Assembly (NCBI GenBank): GCA_021783235.1
Contig: JAJXUD010000002.1
Location: forward strand, 90,693 to 154,692
Direction of reading: 5' to 3'
Source of the DNA: Myxococcales bacterium
GTDB lineage: Bacteria; Myxococcota; Myxococcia; Myxococcales; JAKAPL01
Length of the DNA stretch: 64,000 bases
Shown here: piece by piece, positions 25,178 through 37,283 of the stretch
Layout of the letters: each line of letters begins with the position of its first letter
How positions within the stretch are numbered: position 1 is the stretch's first letter
Notes under the pieces: generated by a model
The model's database searches: none
Told to the model about the DNA's origin: nothing
Seen by the model: only the letters and a program-made list of their open reading frames with translations
Translations under genes and position numbers: made by a program

Positions 25178-27868
25178 TTGCTCGAACTTCTTCTCTTCAC
25201 CCACGACGGCGGCACGGGCTGGCGGCACCTCCTGGGCGAAGGGGCCTCGCGGGCGGGTTGGGAGCCCACGGGGCCCATGGGGCTCCGCCGGCGCTTCGGC
25301 ACGCTGCTCGGCGTTCCCGTGGAGAGCGCGCCCGCGCCGCTGCGGCTCGCGGCGTTCGACCGGGCGCTCGCCGCGCACGACGACGGCCGCCGCTGCTACT
25401 CGCGCTCGCGCGCGGTCGACCCGGTGGGCGTCGCGCGCTTCCTGCTCGCGCTGCGGGATCGGCTCCGCTCGGCGGGCTGGGACGGGCGCGAGCTCCGGTC
25501 GAGCCCGCGCCTTCGCGATCTCTCGGCGATCGAGCGCGCGCTCGAGGCGCTGCCGCCGGGCGAGCCCGAGCGGCTCGATGGGCTCCTCGCGGCGCTCGCG
25601 AAGGCGGGGGAGCTCCCGGACCCGCCGATCCTGCGGCTCGCGATGCCGCTCGACGCCTTCGACGCGGGGGCGCGGCGGCTCGTGCAGGCGGCGGCCGCGG
25701 CGGGGTGCGCCATCGAGGGTCCGCCCGACGAGCGGCCGCTCGCGCCGGAAGCCAAAGACCTCGGCAAGCTGCAGCGCGCGCTCCTCGGCGAGGGCGCGCG
25801 CCCCGCGCTCGCGGGCGACGGCACGCTGCGGATCCTCGAGGCGGACACGCCGGCGGAGGCGGCGGAGCTGCTCGCGGCCTCGCTGCGCGACCGGCCGCTC
25901 GGGCGCGCGGCCATCGTGGTCCCCGCGGAGGGCGCGCTCTTCGACGCCGCGCTGGCGCGGCAGGGGCTCCCGACCCTCGGCGCCTCGACCGCCTCGCCCT
26001 GGCGCCCGGCGCTCCAGCTCTTGCCGCTCCGGCTCGAGCTGGCCTTCCGGCCCCGCGATCCGCTGCGCGCGGTCGAGCTCCTGCTCCTGCCGGGCGCGCC
26101 CCTCCCCGCGAAGGCCCGCTTCCGGCTCATCCGCGCGCTCCAGGAGACGCCGGGCTTCGGCAACCCGCGCTGGCTCCGGGCGATCGAGGAGTCGGTGGCC
26201 GAGGCGGCGGCGGAGTCGCCCGAGAAGGGCGAGAGGCTGCGGCGTCAGATCGACGACTGGTTCGGCGGCGAGCCGCACGCGCCGTCCGAGGGCATCCCCG
26301 CGGCGGAGGCGGCCCGCCTCTGCGAGAAGGTGGCCGGCTGGCTGCGGGCCCGGGGCTCGGACGAGGAGGCGACGGACTTCCTCGCGGCCGCGGGCGTCGC
26401 CGCCACGCTCCAGGCGCTGCTCGCCGCGCGCGAGGGGCGGATCCCGCTCCTCGAGCTTCGCCGCCTCCACGACGCGGTCGTCGGCGGGGGGATCGACGAG
26501 CCGTCGACGGCCTCGCAGGCGGGCCGCGCGGCGCTCTGCGCCACTCCCGAGCAGCTCGTCGACGGCGTCTCCGAGGTCGTCCACTGGGCCTTCGTCGGAG
26601 AAGCGGCCGCGGGCGCGGCCCCGGACCCGTGGACCCCGCCGGAGCGGGAGGAGCTCACGGCCGCGGGGCTGCTCCTCGACGCGCCGGGCGCCCGGCGGAC
26701 GAACGAGTCGCGCGGCTGGCGGCGCGCCGTCCTCGCGGCCGCCGACCGGCTGACGCTCGTCCGCTGGCGGCTGTCGGGCAACGAGGCCGCGACGCCGCAT
26801 CCCTTCGAGGACGAGCTTTCGAGCCGGCTCGCCCCGGGCGCGCTCGGCCGCTGCGTCGTCCCGTCGGCCGCCACGCTGCAAGAGGGCGCTGCTCCCGCCG
26901 TGGAGCGGCTCGACCCGCTGCCGCCCGTGTCGCCCAGGCCCGTCTGGCGGCTGCCCCCGGCGACGGTCGGCCCCCGCGAGCGCACCTCCTACTCGGAGCT
27001 CGAGAAGCTCTTCGGCTGCCCCCTCGCCTGGGCCCTCCAGTACCGGGCGCGGCTCGAGCCGGGGCGCGCGGCCCAGATCCAGGACGGCCCGCGGCTCGAA
27101 GGCGACTTCGGCCACGCGATCCTGGGGGACCTGCTCGCCGGCCCCGAGCGGCTGGAGCTCGGAGGCGCGACCCCCGACGAGGCCGCGGCCCGGGTCGAGC
27201 GGGCGTTCGACGCGCGGATCGAGTCCGAGGCCGCGCCGCTCGCGCGGCCGGAGCGCTTCCTCGATCGGGAGCGGCTGCGCCGCGAGCTTTCGGACTCCGC
27301 GCGCGCGCTCGTCTCGTTGCTCCAAGCGAGCGGGCTCGGCGTCGAGGGGGTCGAAGCGGAGGTGGCGGGAAGCTTCGCCGGCCTGCCCATCGAGGGGCGG
27401 ATCGATCTCTTGCTCTCGAAGGGCCGAGCCCCCCGGGCCGCGCTCGTCGATCTGAAGCGAGACGGGAGGAACCATCGCGACCGGCTCGAGGAGGGGCGCG
27501 CGCTCCAGCTCGCAATCTACGCGCGGCTCGCCGCGAAGGGGGCCCGCTGGCCCGCGACGGGCTACTTCTCGCTTCGAGACGCGAGGCTCTTCACCCGCGA
27601 CGAGCTCTTCGTGGGAGCGGCCCGGGTGGACGGCCCCGCCGACCGGGAGACCTTCGAGGGAGCCGAGAAGGGGTACCGCGTCTGGCGAAAGCTCCTCGAC
27701 GCCGGCTTCGTCCCGGCGACCCACGAGGCGCTCGGCGGGTGGGAGGAGGAGGCGGCGGGGCTCGCGGGCGGGCCGCTGCCCGAGGAGGGCCCGGCGCGGG
27801 AGCGGCCGCCGTGCCCGTGGTGCGAGTTCGCGACGCTCTGCGAGAGCCGCGTCCCGGAGGAGGGGTAG
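25178..27868 (+). CDS. AddB-like PD-(D/E)XK nuclease subunit with Fe-S cysteine set
   Basis: C-terminal nuclease motifs: SYSELEKLFGCPLAWALQY, GDFGHAIL, IEGRIDLL...LVDLKRDG, QLAIYARL. One Cys in FGCPLAW plus CPWCEFATLC gives the AddB/Cas4-type four-Cys pattern. No Walker A. TTG start is uncertain. Confidence 0.7.
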   Translation: MLELLLFTHDGGTGWRHLLGEGASRAGWEPTGPMGLRRRFGTLLGVPVESAPAPLRLAAFDRALAAHDDGRRCYSRSRAVDPVGVARFLLALRDRLRSAGWDGRELRSSPRLRDLSAIERALEALPPGEPERLDGLLAALAKAGELPDPPILRLAMPLDAFDAGARRLVQAAAAAGCAIEGPPDERPLAPEAKDLGKLQRALLGEGARPALAGDGTLRILEADTPAEAAELLAASLRDRPLGRAAIVVPAEGALFDAALARQGLPTLGASTASPWRPALQLLPLRLELAFRPRDPLRAVELLLLPGAPLPAKARFRLIRALQETPGFGNPRWLRAIEESVAEAAAESPEKGERLRRQIDDWFGGEPHAPSEGIPAAEAARLCEKVAGWLRARGSDEEATDFLAAAGVAATLQALLAAREGRIPLLELRRLHDAVVGGGIDEPSTASQAGRAALCATPEQLVDGVSEVVHWAFVGEAAAGAAPDPWTPPEREELTAAGLLLDAPGARRTNESRGWRRAVLAAADRLTLVRWRLSGNEAATPHPFEDELSSRLAPGALGRCVVPSAATLQEGAAPAVERLDPLPPVSPRPVWRLPPATVGPRERTSYSELEKLFGCPLAWALQYRARLEPGRAAQIQDGPRLEGDFGHAILGDLLAGPERLELGGATPDEAAARVERAFDARIESEAAPLARPERFLDRERLRRELSDSARALVSLLQASGLGVEGVEAEVAGSFAGLPIEGRIDLLLSKGRAPRAALVDLKRDGRNHRDRLEEGRALQLAIYARLAAKGARWPATGYFSLRDARLFTRDELFVGAARVDGPADRETFEGAEKGYRVWRKLLDAGFVPATHEALGGWEEEAAGLAGGPLPEEGPARERPPCPWCEFATLCESRVPEEG

Positions 27869-30800
27869 ATGGCCGTCCGCATCGTCAGCGCCGGCGCCGG
27901 CACCGGGAAGACCCATCGCCTCGGCGAGGAGCTGCTCGCGGCGATCGAGGGCGGTGTGCGCCCGGAGGGGGTCGTCGCGATCACCTACACGCGCAAGGCG
28001 GCGGCCGAGCTCGAGGGGAGGCTGCGGCAGAGGCTCCTCGAGGGCGGGCGAGGCGAGCTCGCCGCGCGGCTGCGCGACGGCTACCTCGGGACGATCCACT
28101 CGATCTGCGAGCGGCTCCTGCGCGAGTTCGCGCTCGAGGCGGGGCTCTCGCCGGAGCTCGCGCCCTTGCCCGAGAGCGAGGCGGACACGCTCCTCGCGCG
28201 GGCGGTCGCGCAGGTGGAGAGCGGGCGGCTCGGGAAGCTCGCGCACCGGCTCTCGATGGAGGGCAAGGACGCTCGCGAGACGCTCGGAAAGCTCCTCGAC
28301 GCCGCCCGATCGAACGGGCTGGACGATCTCTCGGAATCGGCGAAGCGGAGCGAGGAGACGCTGCGCGCGCTGCTGTCGCCCTTGCGCCGGATGGACCGCG
28401 CGGCCTTTCGCGCGGCGCTCGAACGGGAGCTCGCGAAGATCGAGCCGAAGCTCGCGGCGGACGCCGGATCGAACGGCGCCGCGAAGGAGCGGGCCGACAG
28501 GGTGAGCACGCTCCTCGCGAGCGTCCGCCGCGACCTGCCGCCCTGGCTCGAGATCGTCCGGGTGTCGAGGAAGCTCGGCGAGGTGAAGAAGCTCGAGCCC
28601 CTGGCCGGCGCCTTCTGCCAGCTCGCGGACGGGCACGTGGAGCTCTCCTGCTTTCAGGACGAGCTCGTCCACTCGCTGCGGGAGCTGTTCGAGGTGGCGG
28701 GCGCCGCGCTCACGGCGGTGAAGCGGGCGAAGGACGCCGAGCGGGTGGTCGACTTCGGCGACATGCTCGCGAGCGCGCGGGAGATCCTGCGGATGGAGGA
28801 GGTGCGGCGCTCGCTCGCCGAGCGGCTCGACCTCGTCCTCGTCGACGAGTTCCAGGACGTCTCGCCGCTGCAGCTCGCGATCGTCTCCGAGCTGGCCGCG
28901 CTCGCGAAGAGGACCGTCTGGGTGGGCGACCGCAAGCAGGCCATCTTCGCCTTCCAGGGCTCGGACCCCGAGCTGATGGAGTCCGCCATGGCGAACGCGC
29001 TGCGGGGGGCGCCGCCGGAGCTGCTCGGGACGTCGCACCGCTCGCGGCCGCCGCTGGTCGAGCTCGTCTCCGACGTCTTCGCGCCCGCCTTCGCGAGCCA
29101 CGGACTGCCGGAGGCGCAGGTGAGACTCGCGCCTGCCGCGCGGGATCCCCGGGCGCTCGCGGGGCAGCCGGTGCTCGAGCTCTGGCGCTGGGGCGGCGGC
29201 GCGCCGAAGGGGTCGAAGCCGAGCGAGGCCCAGGCCATCGCGGAGGGGATCGTCGACCTGCTCGCGCGCGGGCCGCTCGTCCGGTCGCGGGGCGACGGCG
29301 GGGCGGTTCGCGCCGTGACGCCGAGCGACGTGGGCGTCCTCTGCCGGAGGAACGACCGCTGCCGCGAGGTCGCCGCGGCCCTTCGGGCTCGCGGCATCGC
29401 GGCGCGCGTCCAGCTCGGCGGGCTGCTCTCGACGCCGGAGGCGAAGCTGGCGGTGGCGGCGCTGGCGCTGGTCGCGGACCCCGAGGACGGCGTCGCGGCG
29501 CTCGAGCTCTCCTGGCTCGGGGGCGCCGGCGCCGGGGATCCCGACGGCTGGCTCGCGCGGCGCTTCGAGGAGGCCGAGCGGGCGCGGGGCGCCGGCGATC
29601 GGCCGCCGCCGCCCTTCGGCGACGACCCCCGCGTGCGGGCGCTGCGCGAGCTGCACGAGCGGGCGCGCCGCGCCTCGCCCTCCGAGGCGCTCGACCGCGC
29701 GATCCGCGAGATCGACCTGCCGGCCTTCCTGCGCCGCTGGCCCGAGCCCGAGCGGCGGCTCGGCAACCTGGAGGCGCTGCGCGGCCTCGCGCGCGGCTAC
29801 GAGGAGCTCTGCCGCTCGCGGCGGGAGGCCTGCACCGCCTCGGGGCTCCTCGTGCACCTCGCGGGCGTTCGGGAGGCCGAGAAGGACGCCCAGGCCGACG
29901 CCGCCGAGGCCGAGGCGGTCACCGTGCTCACCTGGCACAAGGCGAAGGGGCTCGAGTGGCCCGTGACCATCGTGTCGGAGCTCGACAAGGAATGGTCCCC
30001 GGACGTGTTCGGCGTCCAGGTGGAGGGTGCCGAGCGGTTCGACGCCACCGACCCCTTGGCGGGGCGCTGGATCCGGTACTGGCCCTGGCCGTACGGCGGC
30101 GTCTCGACCGATCTGCGCCTCCTCGACGCCGCGCTCCAGACGCCGGAGGCGCGGCGCCTGCTCGCCAAGGACGAGCGGGAGCGGCTGCGGCTCCTCTACG
30201 TCGCGCTGACGCGCGCCCGCGACCTGCTCGTGCTCGTGGCCGGGGAGAAGAAGGGCGCGCCGCTGCTCGATCCGCTCCGGGAGATCGACGGGCGCCCCCT
30301 CCTGTCGCTGCCGCTCGCGGCCCCGCCCGGCGACGCCGAGGCGACGGTGGGGGAGAGGCGCTGGCCCTGCCCCGTCCGCGCGTACCTCGGGCTGCCGCCG
30401 GCCGAGCGGCGGGCGGCGCCGCTGGATCCGCGCTGGTACGCCGCGGGCCCCCGGCTCGAACGTCCGGTGGAGACGCTGAACCCCTCGGGCGAGCCGTGGC
30501 CGGAGCCCGAGAGCTTCTCGGTTCGCGCGTCCGCCGACCTGGGAGGCCGCCTCTCGCTCCAGGCCGCGCCGTCGTCCATGGAGGCGCTCGGCGAGGCGGT
30601 CCACGGCTTTCTGGCCGCCGATCCGTTCGAGGGCGAGGAGCGCCGGGTCGAGATCGCGCGCCGCCTCCTCGACGCCCACGGCGTCCTCGGGGCGATCGAC
30701 CCGGCGACGCTCCTGCGCGCCTCCGATCGGCTGCGGGACGCGCTGAAGGCGCGCTGGCCGAAGGCCACCTGGCGCCGCGAGTGGCCGGTGCGGGCGCGGC

Positions 30801-31084
30801 TGGAGGGGCGGCTCCTCGTGGGCCAGATCGATCTCCTCCTCGAGCTGCCCGACGGCTTCGCGGTCGTCGACCACAAGTCCTTCCCCGGCGCCGCCGCCGA
30901 GGCCGAGGCCGAGCGGCGCGCCGTCGAGCACGCCCCCCAGCTCGCCTGGTACGCGAAGGCCCTCGAGGCCGCGCTCTCCAAGCCCCCGCTCGCGCTACTC
31001 ATCCATCTGCCGCTCGCGGGGAGGCTCGTCGAGATCGAGCGCCAGCGGGCCAGCGCCGCGCAGCCCGGGGTCTCCGCTTCCTGA
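27869..31084 (+). CDS. AddA-like UvrD-family helicase with C-terminal PD-(D/E)XK nuclease
   Basis: SAGAGTGKTHRL (Walker A), VDEFQDVSPLQ (motif II), TSHRSRPPLV, and WHKAKGLEWPV. C-terminal GQIDLLLELPDGFAVVDHKS. The start abuts the upstream stop (TAG ATG). Confidence 0.8.
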   Translation: MAVRIVSAGAGTGKTHRLGEELLAAIEGGVRPEGVVAITYTRKAAAELEGRLRQRLLEGGRGELAARLRDGYLGTIHSICERLLREFALEAGLSPELAPLPESEADTLLARAVAQVESGRLGKLAHRLSMEGKDARETLGKLLDAARSNGLDDLSESAKRSEETLRALLSPLRRMDRAAFRAALERELAKIEPKLAADAGSNGAAKERADRVSTLLASVRRDLPPWLEIVRVSRKLGEVKKLEPLAGAFCQLADGHVELSCFQDELVHSLRELFEVAGAALTAVKRAKDAERVVDFGDMLASAREILRMEEVRRSLAERLDLVLVDEFQDVSPLQLAIVSELAALAKRTVWVGDRKQAIFAFQGSDPELMESAMANALRGAPPELLGTSHRSRPPLVELVSDVFAPAFASHGLPEAQVRLAPAARDPRALAGQPVLELWRWGGGAPKGSKPSEAQAIAEGIVDLLARGPLVRSRGDGGAVRAVTPSDVGVLCRRNDRCREVAAALRARGIAARVQLGGLLSTPEAKLAVAALALVADPEDGVAALELSWLGGAGAGDPDGWLARRFEEAERARGAGDRPPPPFGDDPRVRALRELHERARRASPSEALDRAIREIDLPAFLRRWPEPERRLGNLEALRGLARGYEELCRSRREACTASGLLVHLAGVREAEKDAQADAAEAEAVTVLTWHKAKGLEWPVTIVSELDKEWSPDVFGVQVEGAERFDATDPLAGRWIRYWPWPYGGVSTDLRLLDAALQTPEARRLLAKDERERLRLLYVALTRARDLLVLVAGEKKGAPLLDPLREIDGRPLLSLPLAAPPGDAEATVGERRWPCPVRAYLGLPPAERRAAPLDPRWYAAGPRLERPVETLNPSGEPWPEPESFSVRASADLGGRLSLQAAPSSMEALGEAVHGFLAADPFEGEERRVEIARRLLDAHGVLGAIDPATLLRASDRLRDALKARWPKATWRREWPVRARLEGRLLVGQIDLLLELPDGFAVVDHKSFPGAAAEAEAERRAVEHAPQLAWYAKALEAALSKPPLALLIHLPLAGRLVEIERQRASAAQPGVSAS

Positions 31085-31253
31085 ACGTCGTTTCGTAGGG
31101 ACAGGGGCCTGAGGCTCAGCGGTGGCCGCAGGAGGTCGCGGACGAGGCGTTCGAGTGCCGCCCGATCGCCGGCCCCTGCCATTCCCGGCGGCCGAGGGCG
31201 ATCTGTCGGCAGCCGCCGAGCGGGTGGGGCTTCGGCTCGGGCGGGGGGAGCCC

Positions 31254-33487
<2,234 letters not shown>

Positions 33488-33491
<4 letters not shown>

Positions 33492-34177
33492 CACTCCTCC
33501 CGGTTCGTCTCGTCGTCGATGAGCATGCGGCCGAGCGTCACCGGCCACATCGCCTCGAGCGCGCGGCGGCGCGTCTCGGAGTCGACCTTGCCGGTGAGCG
33601 TGAGCGTCGCGCCGGTGTAGGAGATCCCGAGGCCGCGGAGGTGGGCGGCGTCGAGGCGGGCCTGCATCGCGGCGAGCTGCGACTGGAGCGCCTCGGGGCT
33701 GAAGGTGAGCCGCAGGTGGTCGGCGTCGTAGGGGCCGTCCGCGAGCGCGGCGAGGAGCGCGGCGCGGCAGGCCTCGCCGGGCACGTCGGCGTGGAAGAAG
33801 CGCTCGCCCTCCACGGTGCGCTCCTCGACGTGGGGGCAGAGGGCGCGGGCCTTCGAGAGGTCGAACGGCCTCTGGGCGCCCTCGGCGCCCAAAGGCGCCC
33901 GCCCGCCCCCGACGACCTTCAGCCGCACGACCTCGAGCTGGCCGTCCTCGTGGAGGAAGACGAGCCCCTCGCCCGCCCGCTTCGGCGTGAGCAACAGCTC
34001 GAACGACGGCATCCGCTCGGCGGTCGCGAGGTCGGGCGGATCGACGGTCGCGGCCTCGAGGTAGTTCTTGCGCAGGAAGGTCACCTCGCCGAGCGCGACC
34101 GTCGCCGCGCCGTCCGCGGGCAGCGCGAGCGCGGGGGCCGCGGCCAGCGCCGCGAGGAGGATGGCGCCGCGGATCAC
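33488..34177 (-). CDS. secreted hypothetical protein inserted between purQ and purL
   Basis: The GTG at 34177 (GTGA overlap with the purQ stop) gives the signal peptide [23 protein letters not shown]. The stop overlaps the purL start. The C-terminus ([26 protein letters not shown]) is BON-like at best. Confidence 0.6.
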
Positions 34178-34851
34178 GACAGGAAGCTCTCGAGGAGCGC
34201 CCGGCCGTCGGTGGCGCCGAGCAGCCCCTCGCAGGCCCGCTCGGGGTGCGGCATGAGGCCGACGACGTTGCCGCGCTCGCTGCGCACGCCGGCGATGGCC
34301 CGCATGGCGCCGTTCGGGTTCGCGCCGGCGGAGAGCTGGCCCTCCTCGTCGCAGTAGCGAAAGAGGATCTGGCCGGACCGCTCGAGCGCGTCGAGCCCCG
34401 CGTCGTCGAGCGTGTAGTTGCCGTCGGCGTGGGCGATGGGGAGGCGCAGCACGGTCCCGGGCCGCAGGCCGCGCGTCAAGAGGCTCTCGCCGGCCTCGAC
34501 GCGGACGTGGACGTGCTTGCAGACGAAGCGGAGCGAGGCGTTGCGGGCGAGCACCCCGGGGAGCATCCCCGCCTCGCAGAGGATCTGGAAGCCGTTGCAG
34601 ATGCCGAGCACCGGGCCGCCCCGGTCGGCGAAGCGCCCCACCTCGGCCATGATGGGGGAGAAGCGGGCGAGGGCGCCGGCGCGCAGGTAGTCGCCATAGG
34701 AGAAGCCGCCGGGCAGGAGGATCCGCTCGACGCCCTGGAGGCTCGTCTCCTTGTGCCAGAGGAGGAGCGGCTCGTGGCCGAGGAGCTCGAGCGCGTGGGC
34801 CGCGTCGTGGTCGCAGTTCGAGCCGGGGAAGACGACGACGCCCACCTTCAT
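34174..34851 (-). CDS. purQ: phosphoribosylformylglycinamidine synthase glutaminase subunit PurQ
   Basis: [40 protein letters not shown] (catalytic Cys), MPHPER. Confidence 0.9.
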   Translation of the reverse strand: MKVGVVVFPGSNCDHDAAHALELLGHEPLLLWHKETSLQGVERILLPGGFSYGDYLRAGALARFSPIMAEVGRFADRGGPVLGICNGFQILCEAGMLPGVLARNASLRFVCKHVHVRVEAGESLLTRGLRPGTVLRLPIAHADGNYTLDDAGLDALERSGQILFRYCDEEGQLSAGANPNGAMRAIAGVRSERGNVVGLMPHPERACEGLLGATDGRALLESFLS

Positions 34852-34854
34852 GGG

Positions 34855-35094
34855 CTAGGAGACCTCGACCCGGTAGCTCTCGATGACCGTGTTCGCGAGC
34901 AGCCGCTCGCACATCCGCTCGACCTCGGCCCGCGCCCGGCCGGGATCGGTCTCGGCGAGCCGGAGCTCGACGTACTTGCCGAGCCGCACGTCCTCGACGC
35001 CAAGGAAGCCGAGCGAGGCGAGCGACGAGCGGACGGCCTTGCCCTGGGGGTCCAGCACCCCGGGCTTGAGCGTGACGTAGACCTTCGCGAGCAT
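34855..35094 (-). CDS. purS: phosphoribosylformylglycinamidine synthase subunit PurS
   Basis: MLAKVYVTLKPGVLDPQGKAV...VEDVRLGKYVEL. The size (~79 aa) and the position before purQ fit PurS. Confidence 0.85.
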   Translation of the reverse strand: MLAKVYVTLKPGVLDPQGKAVRSSLASLGFLGVEDVRLGKYVELRLAETDPGRARAEVERMCERLLANTVIESYRVEVS

Positions 35095-35186
35095 GGGGGG
35101 TCCATACCCGCCGCGGGCCCCTCGCGTCAACGCGGTCGAAAAGCGCTTCCTCCCCCGGTTGGGCTGAGCTAGAAGCCCGAGCCACC

Positions 35187-37241
35187 ATGAAAAAGCTCGC
35201 CTTTCTCCTCGCCCTCCCGCTGCTCGCCGCCTGCCACCACGCCGTCCGCGCCGAGGCGCCCGTGGTCGAGGTGAAGCCGCCGCCGCCGCCTCCTCCTCCG
35301 AACATCGACGCCTCGATCATCGATCCGAAGGTGAGCCCCTGCGACGACTTCTTCCACTACGCCTGCAACGGCTGGATCGCGAAGACCGAGATCCCCGGCG
35401 ACCGGCCGCGCTGGACGCGCAGCTTCTCGGAGATCGACGACCGCAACCTCGCGCTCTTGCGGACCTACCTCGAGGCGGACGCCGCGGGACGAGGCGACCC
35501 GGTCGACCCCTACCGGCGCCGGCTCGGCGACTTCTGGGCGACCTGCATGGACGAGCAGGCCATCGAGAAGACCGGCCCCGAGAGCCTGAAGCTACAGCTC
35601 GCCCGGGTCGACGAGGTGAAGGACCCGGCCTCGCTCGGCCAGGTCGTCGCGCTCCTCCACGGCGAGGGGATCGGCGCGCTCTTCGAGTTCGGCGAGGGGC
35701 AGGACTTCAAGGACGCGACGCAGGACATCGGCCAGCTCGATCAGGGCGGCCTCGGGCTCCCCGATCGCGACTACTACCTCAAGGCCGACGAGCACAGCCG
35801 GAAGATCCGCGAGCTCTACGTCGCGCACGTCCAGAAGATGCTCGAGCTCGCCGGCGAGCCCGCGGAGAAGGCGGCGGCGGACGCCAAGACCGTGATGCGG
35901 CTCGAGACCGACCTCGCGAAGGCCTCGCAGGACAAGGTCTTCCGGCGCGACCCCGATCACGTCTACCACCGGATCGATCTGCCGGGCGTGCTGACGCTCG
36001 CGCCGGCCTTCCCCTGGAAGGAGTACCTCGCGCTGCTCCAGCACCCAGGCATCATCGCCATCAACGTGGCGGCGCCCGACTTCTTCAAGGAGCTGAACGC
36101 CCTCGTCGTGAAGACGCCCCCCGAGGAGTGGCGGGCCTACCTGCGCTGGCACACCGTCGCCTCCGTCGCCTCCGCGCTCCCCGACTCCTTCGTGCAGGAG
36201 GACTTCCAGTTTCAGAGCAAGGCCTTCACCGGCGCCGCCCGGATCTTGCCGCGCTGGAAGCGCTGCATCGGCGCGGTGAACCACGCCATGGGCCAGGCGC
36301 TCGGCCGGCCGTTCGTGCGCCAGACCTTCGGGACCGAGGGGAAGGCGAGCAACGTCGCCCGCGTCCAGTCCATCGAGGCGGCCATGGGGCGCGAGCTCGG
36401 TGGGCTCTCCTGGATGGACGAGCCGACCCGCAAGGCGGCCGTCGAGAAGCTCGGCCTCGTCGCGAACCAGATCGGCTTTCCGGACGAGTGGCGCGACTAC
36501 TCGTCGCTCGCGACCGACCGGACGAGCTACCTCGGCAACCTGCTGCGCGCGAGCGCCTTCGAGGTGCAGCGCGAGCTGAACAAGATCGGCAAGCCGGTCG
36601 ACCGCAACGACTGGGAGATGAACCCGCAGACGGTCAACGCCTACTACGATCCGTCCCTGAACCAGATGGTCTTCCCCGCCGGTATCCTCCAGCCGCCGTT
36701 CTATAACCGCGCCTCGAACGAGGCCTCGAACGACGGCGCCGTGGGCATGGTGATGGGCCACGAGCTGACGCACGGCTTCGACGACGAGGGTCGCCGCTTC
36801 GACGGCCACGGCAACCTGCGCGAGTGGTGGACGCCCGCCGCGAAGGCGGCGTTCGAGCAGCGGGCGAAATGCGTCTCGGACCAGTACGATGGCTACTCGC
36901 CGCTGCCGGGCGTGCGGCTGAACGGCAAGCTGACGCTCGGCGAGAACATCGCCGACCTCGGCGGCCTGACGCTCGCCTACTCGGCCTTCGAGAAGCAGCG
37001 CGAGAAGGTCCCCGCCGTGGCGGGCTTCACGCCGGAGCAGCAGTTCTTCCTCTCGTACGCGCAGTCGTGGTGCGAGAAGGTGCGCGAGCCCTACGCGCGG
37101 CTGCTCGCGACGGTCGATCCGCACTCGCCGGCCCGCTTCCGGGTCGACGGGCCGCTCTCGAACCTCCCGGCCTTCCGGGAGGCCTTCCAGTGCAAGGAGG
37201 GGCAGCCGATGGTCCGCAAGGATCGCTGCGAGATCTGGTAG
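35187..37241 (+). CDS. M13 family metalloendopeptidase (PepO/neprilysin-like) lipoprotein
   Basis: Lipobox LLAAC. NAYYDP, VMGHELTHGFD (HExxH), GENIADLGGL and a C-terminal CxxW. Confidence 0.9.
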   Translation: MKKLAFLLALPLLAACHHAVRAEAPVVEVKPPPPPPPPNIDASIIDPKVSPCDDFFHYACNGWIAKTEIPGDRPRWTRSFSEIDDRNLALLRTYLEADAAGRGDPVDPYRRRLGDFWATCMDEQAIEKTGPESLKLQLARVDEVKDPASLGQVVALLHGEGIGALFEFGEGQDFKDATQDIGQLDQGGLGLPDRDYYLKADEHSRKIRELYVAHVQKMLELAGEPAEKAAADAKTVMRLETDLAKASQDKVFRRDPDHVYHRIDLPGVLTLAPAFPWKEYLALLQHPGIIAINVAAPDFFKELNALVVKTPPEEWRAYLRWHTVASVASALPDSFVQEDFQFQSKAFTGAARILPRWKRCIGAVNHAMGQALGRPFVRQTFGTEGKASNVARVQSIEAAMGRELGGLSWMDEPTRKAAVEKLGLVANQIGFPDEWRDYSSLATDRTSYLGNLLRASAFEVQRELNKIGKPVDRNDWEMNPQTVNAYYDPSLNQMVFPAGILQPPFYNRASNEASNDGAVGMVMGHELTHGFDDEGRRFDGHGNLREWWTPAAKAAFEQRAKCVSDQYDGYSPLPGVRLNGKLTLGENIADLGGLTLAYSAFEKQREKVPAVAGFTPEQQFFLSYAQSWCEKVREPYARLLATVDPHSPARFRVDGPLSNLPAFREAFQCKEGQPMVRKDRCEIW

Positions 37242-37283
37242 CGCTTGCTCTCCCGCCGGGGCGGCGTTATCACTCCGCCCGGC

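Noticed and set aside
24158-30931. 2257-aa ORF on the minus strand. Similar giants occur at 14889-18689(-), 35592-39815(-), 42937-46773(-), 9649-12417(+), 25258-31098(+) and 43491-46769(+).
   Set aside because: They have extreme Arg/Pro/Gly/Ala composition and no recognisable motifs. Each lies antisense or out of frame to genes with clear family signatures. These are the usual stop-poor shadow frames of high-GC DNA.
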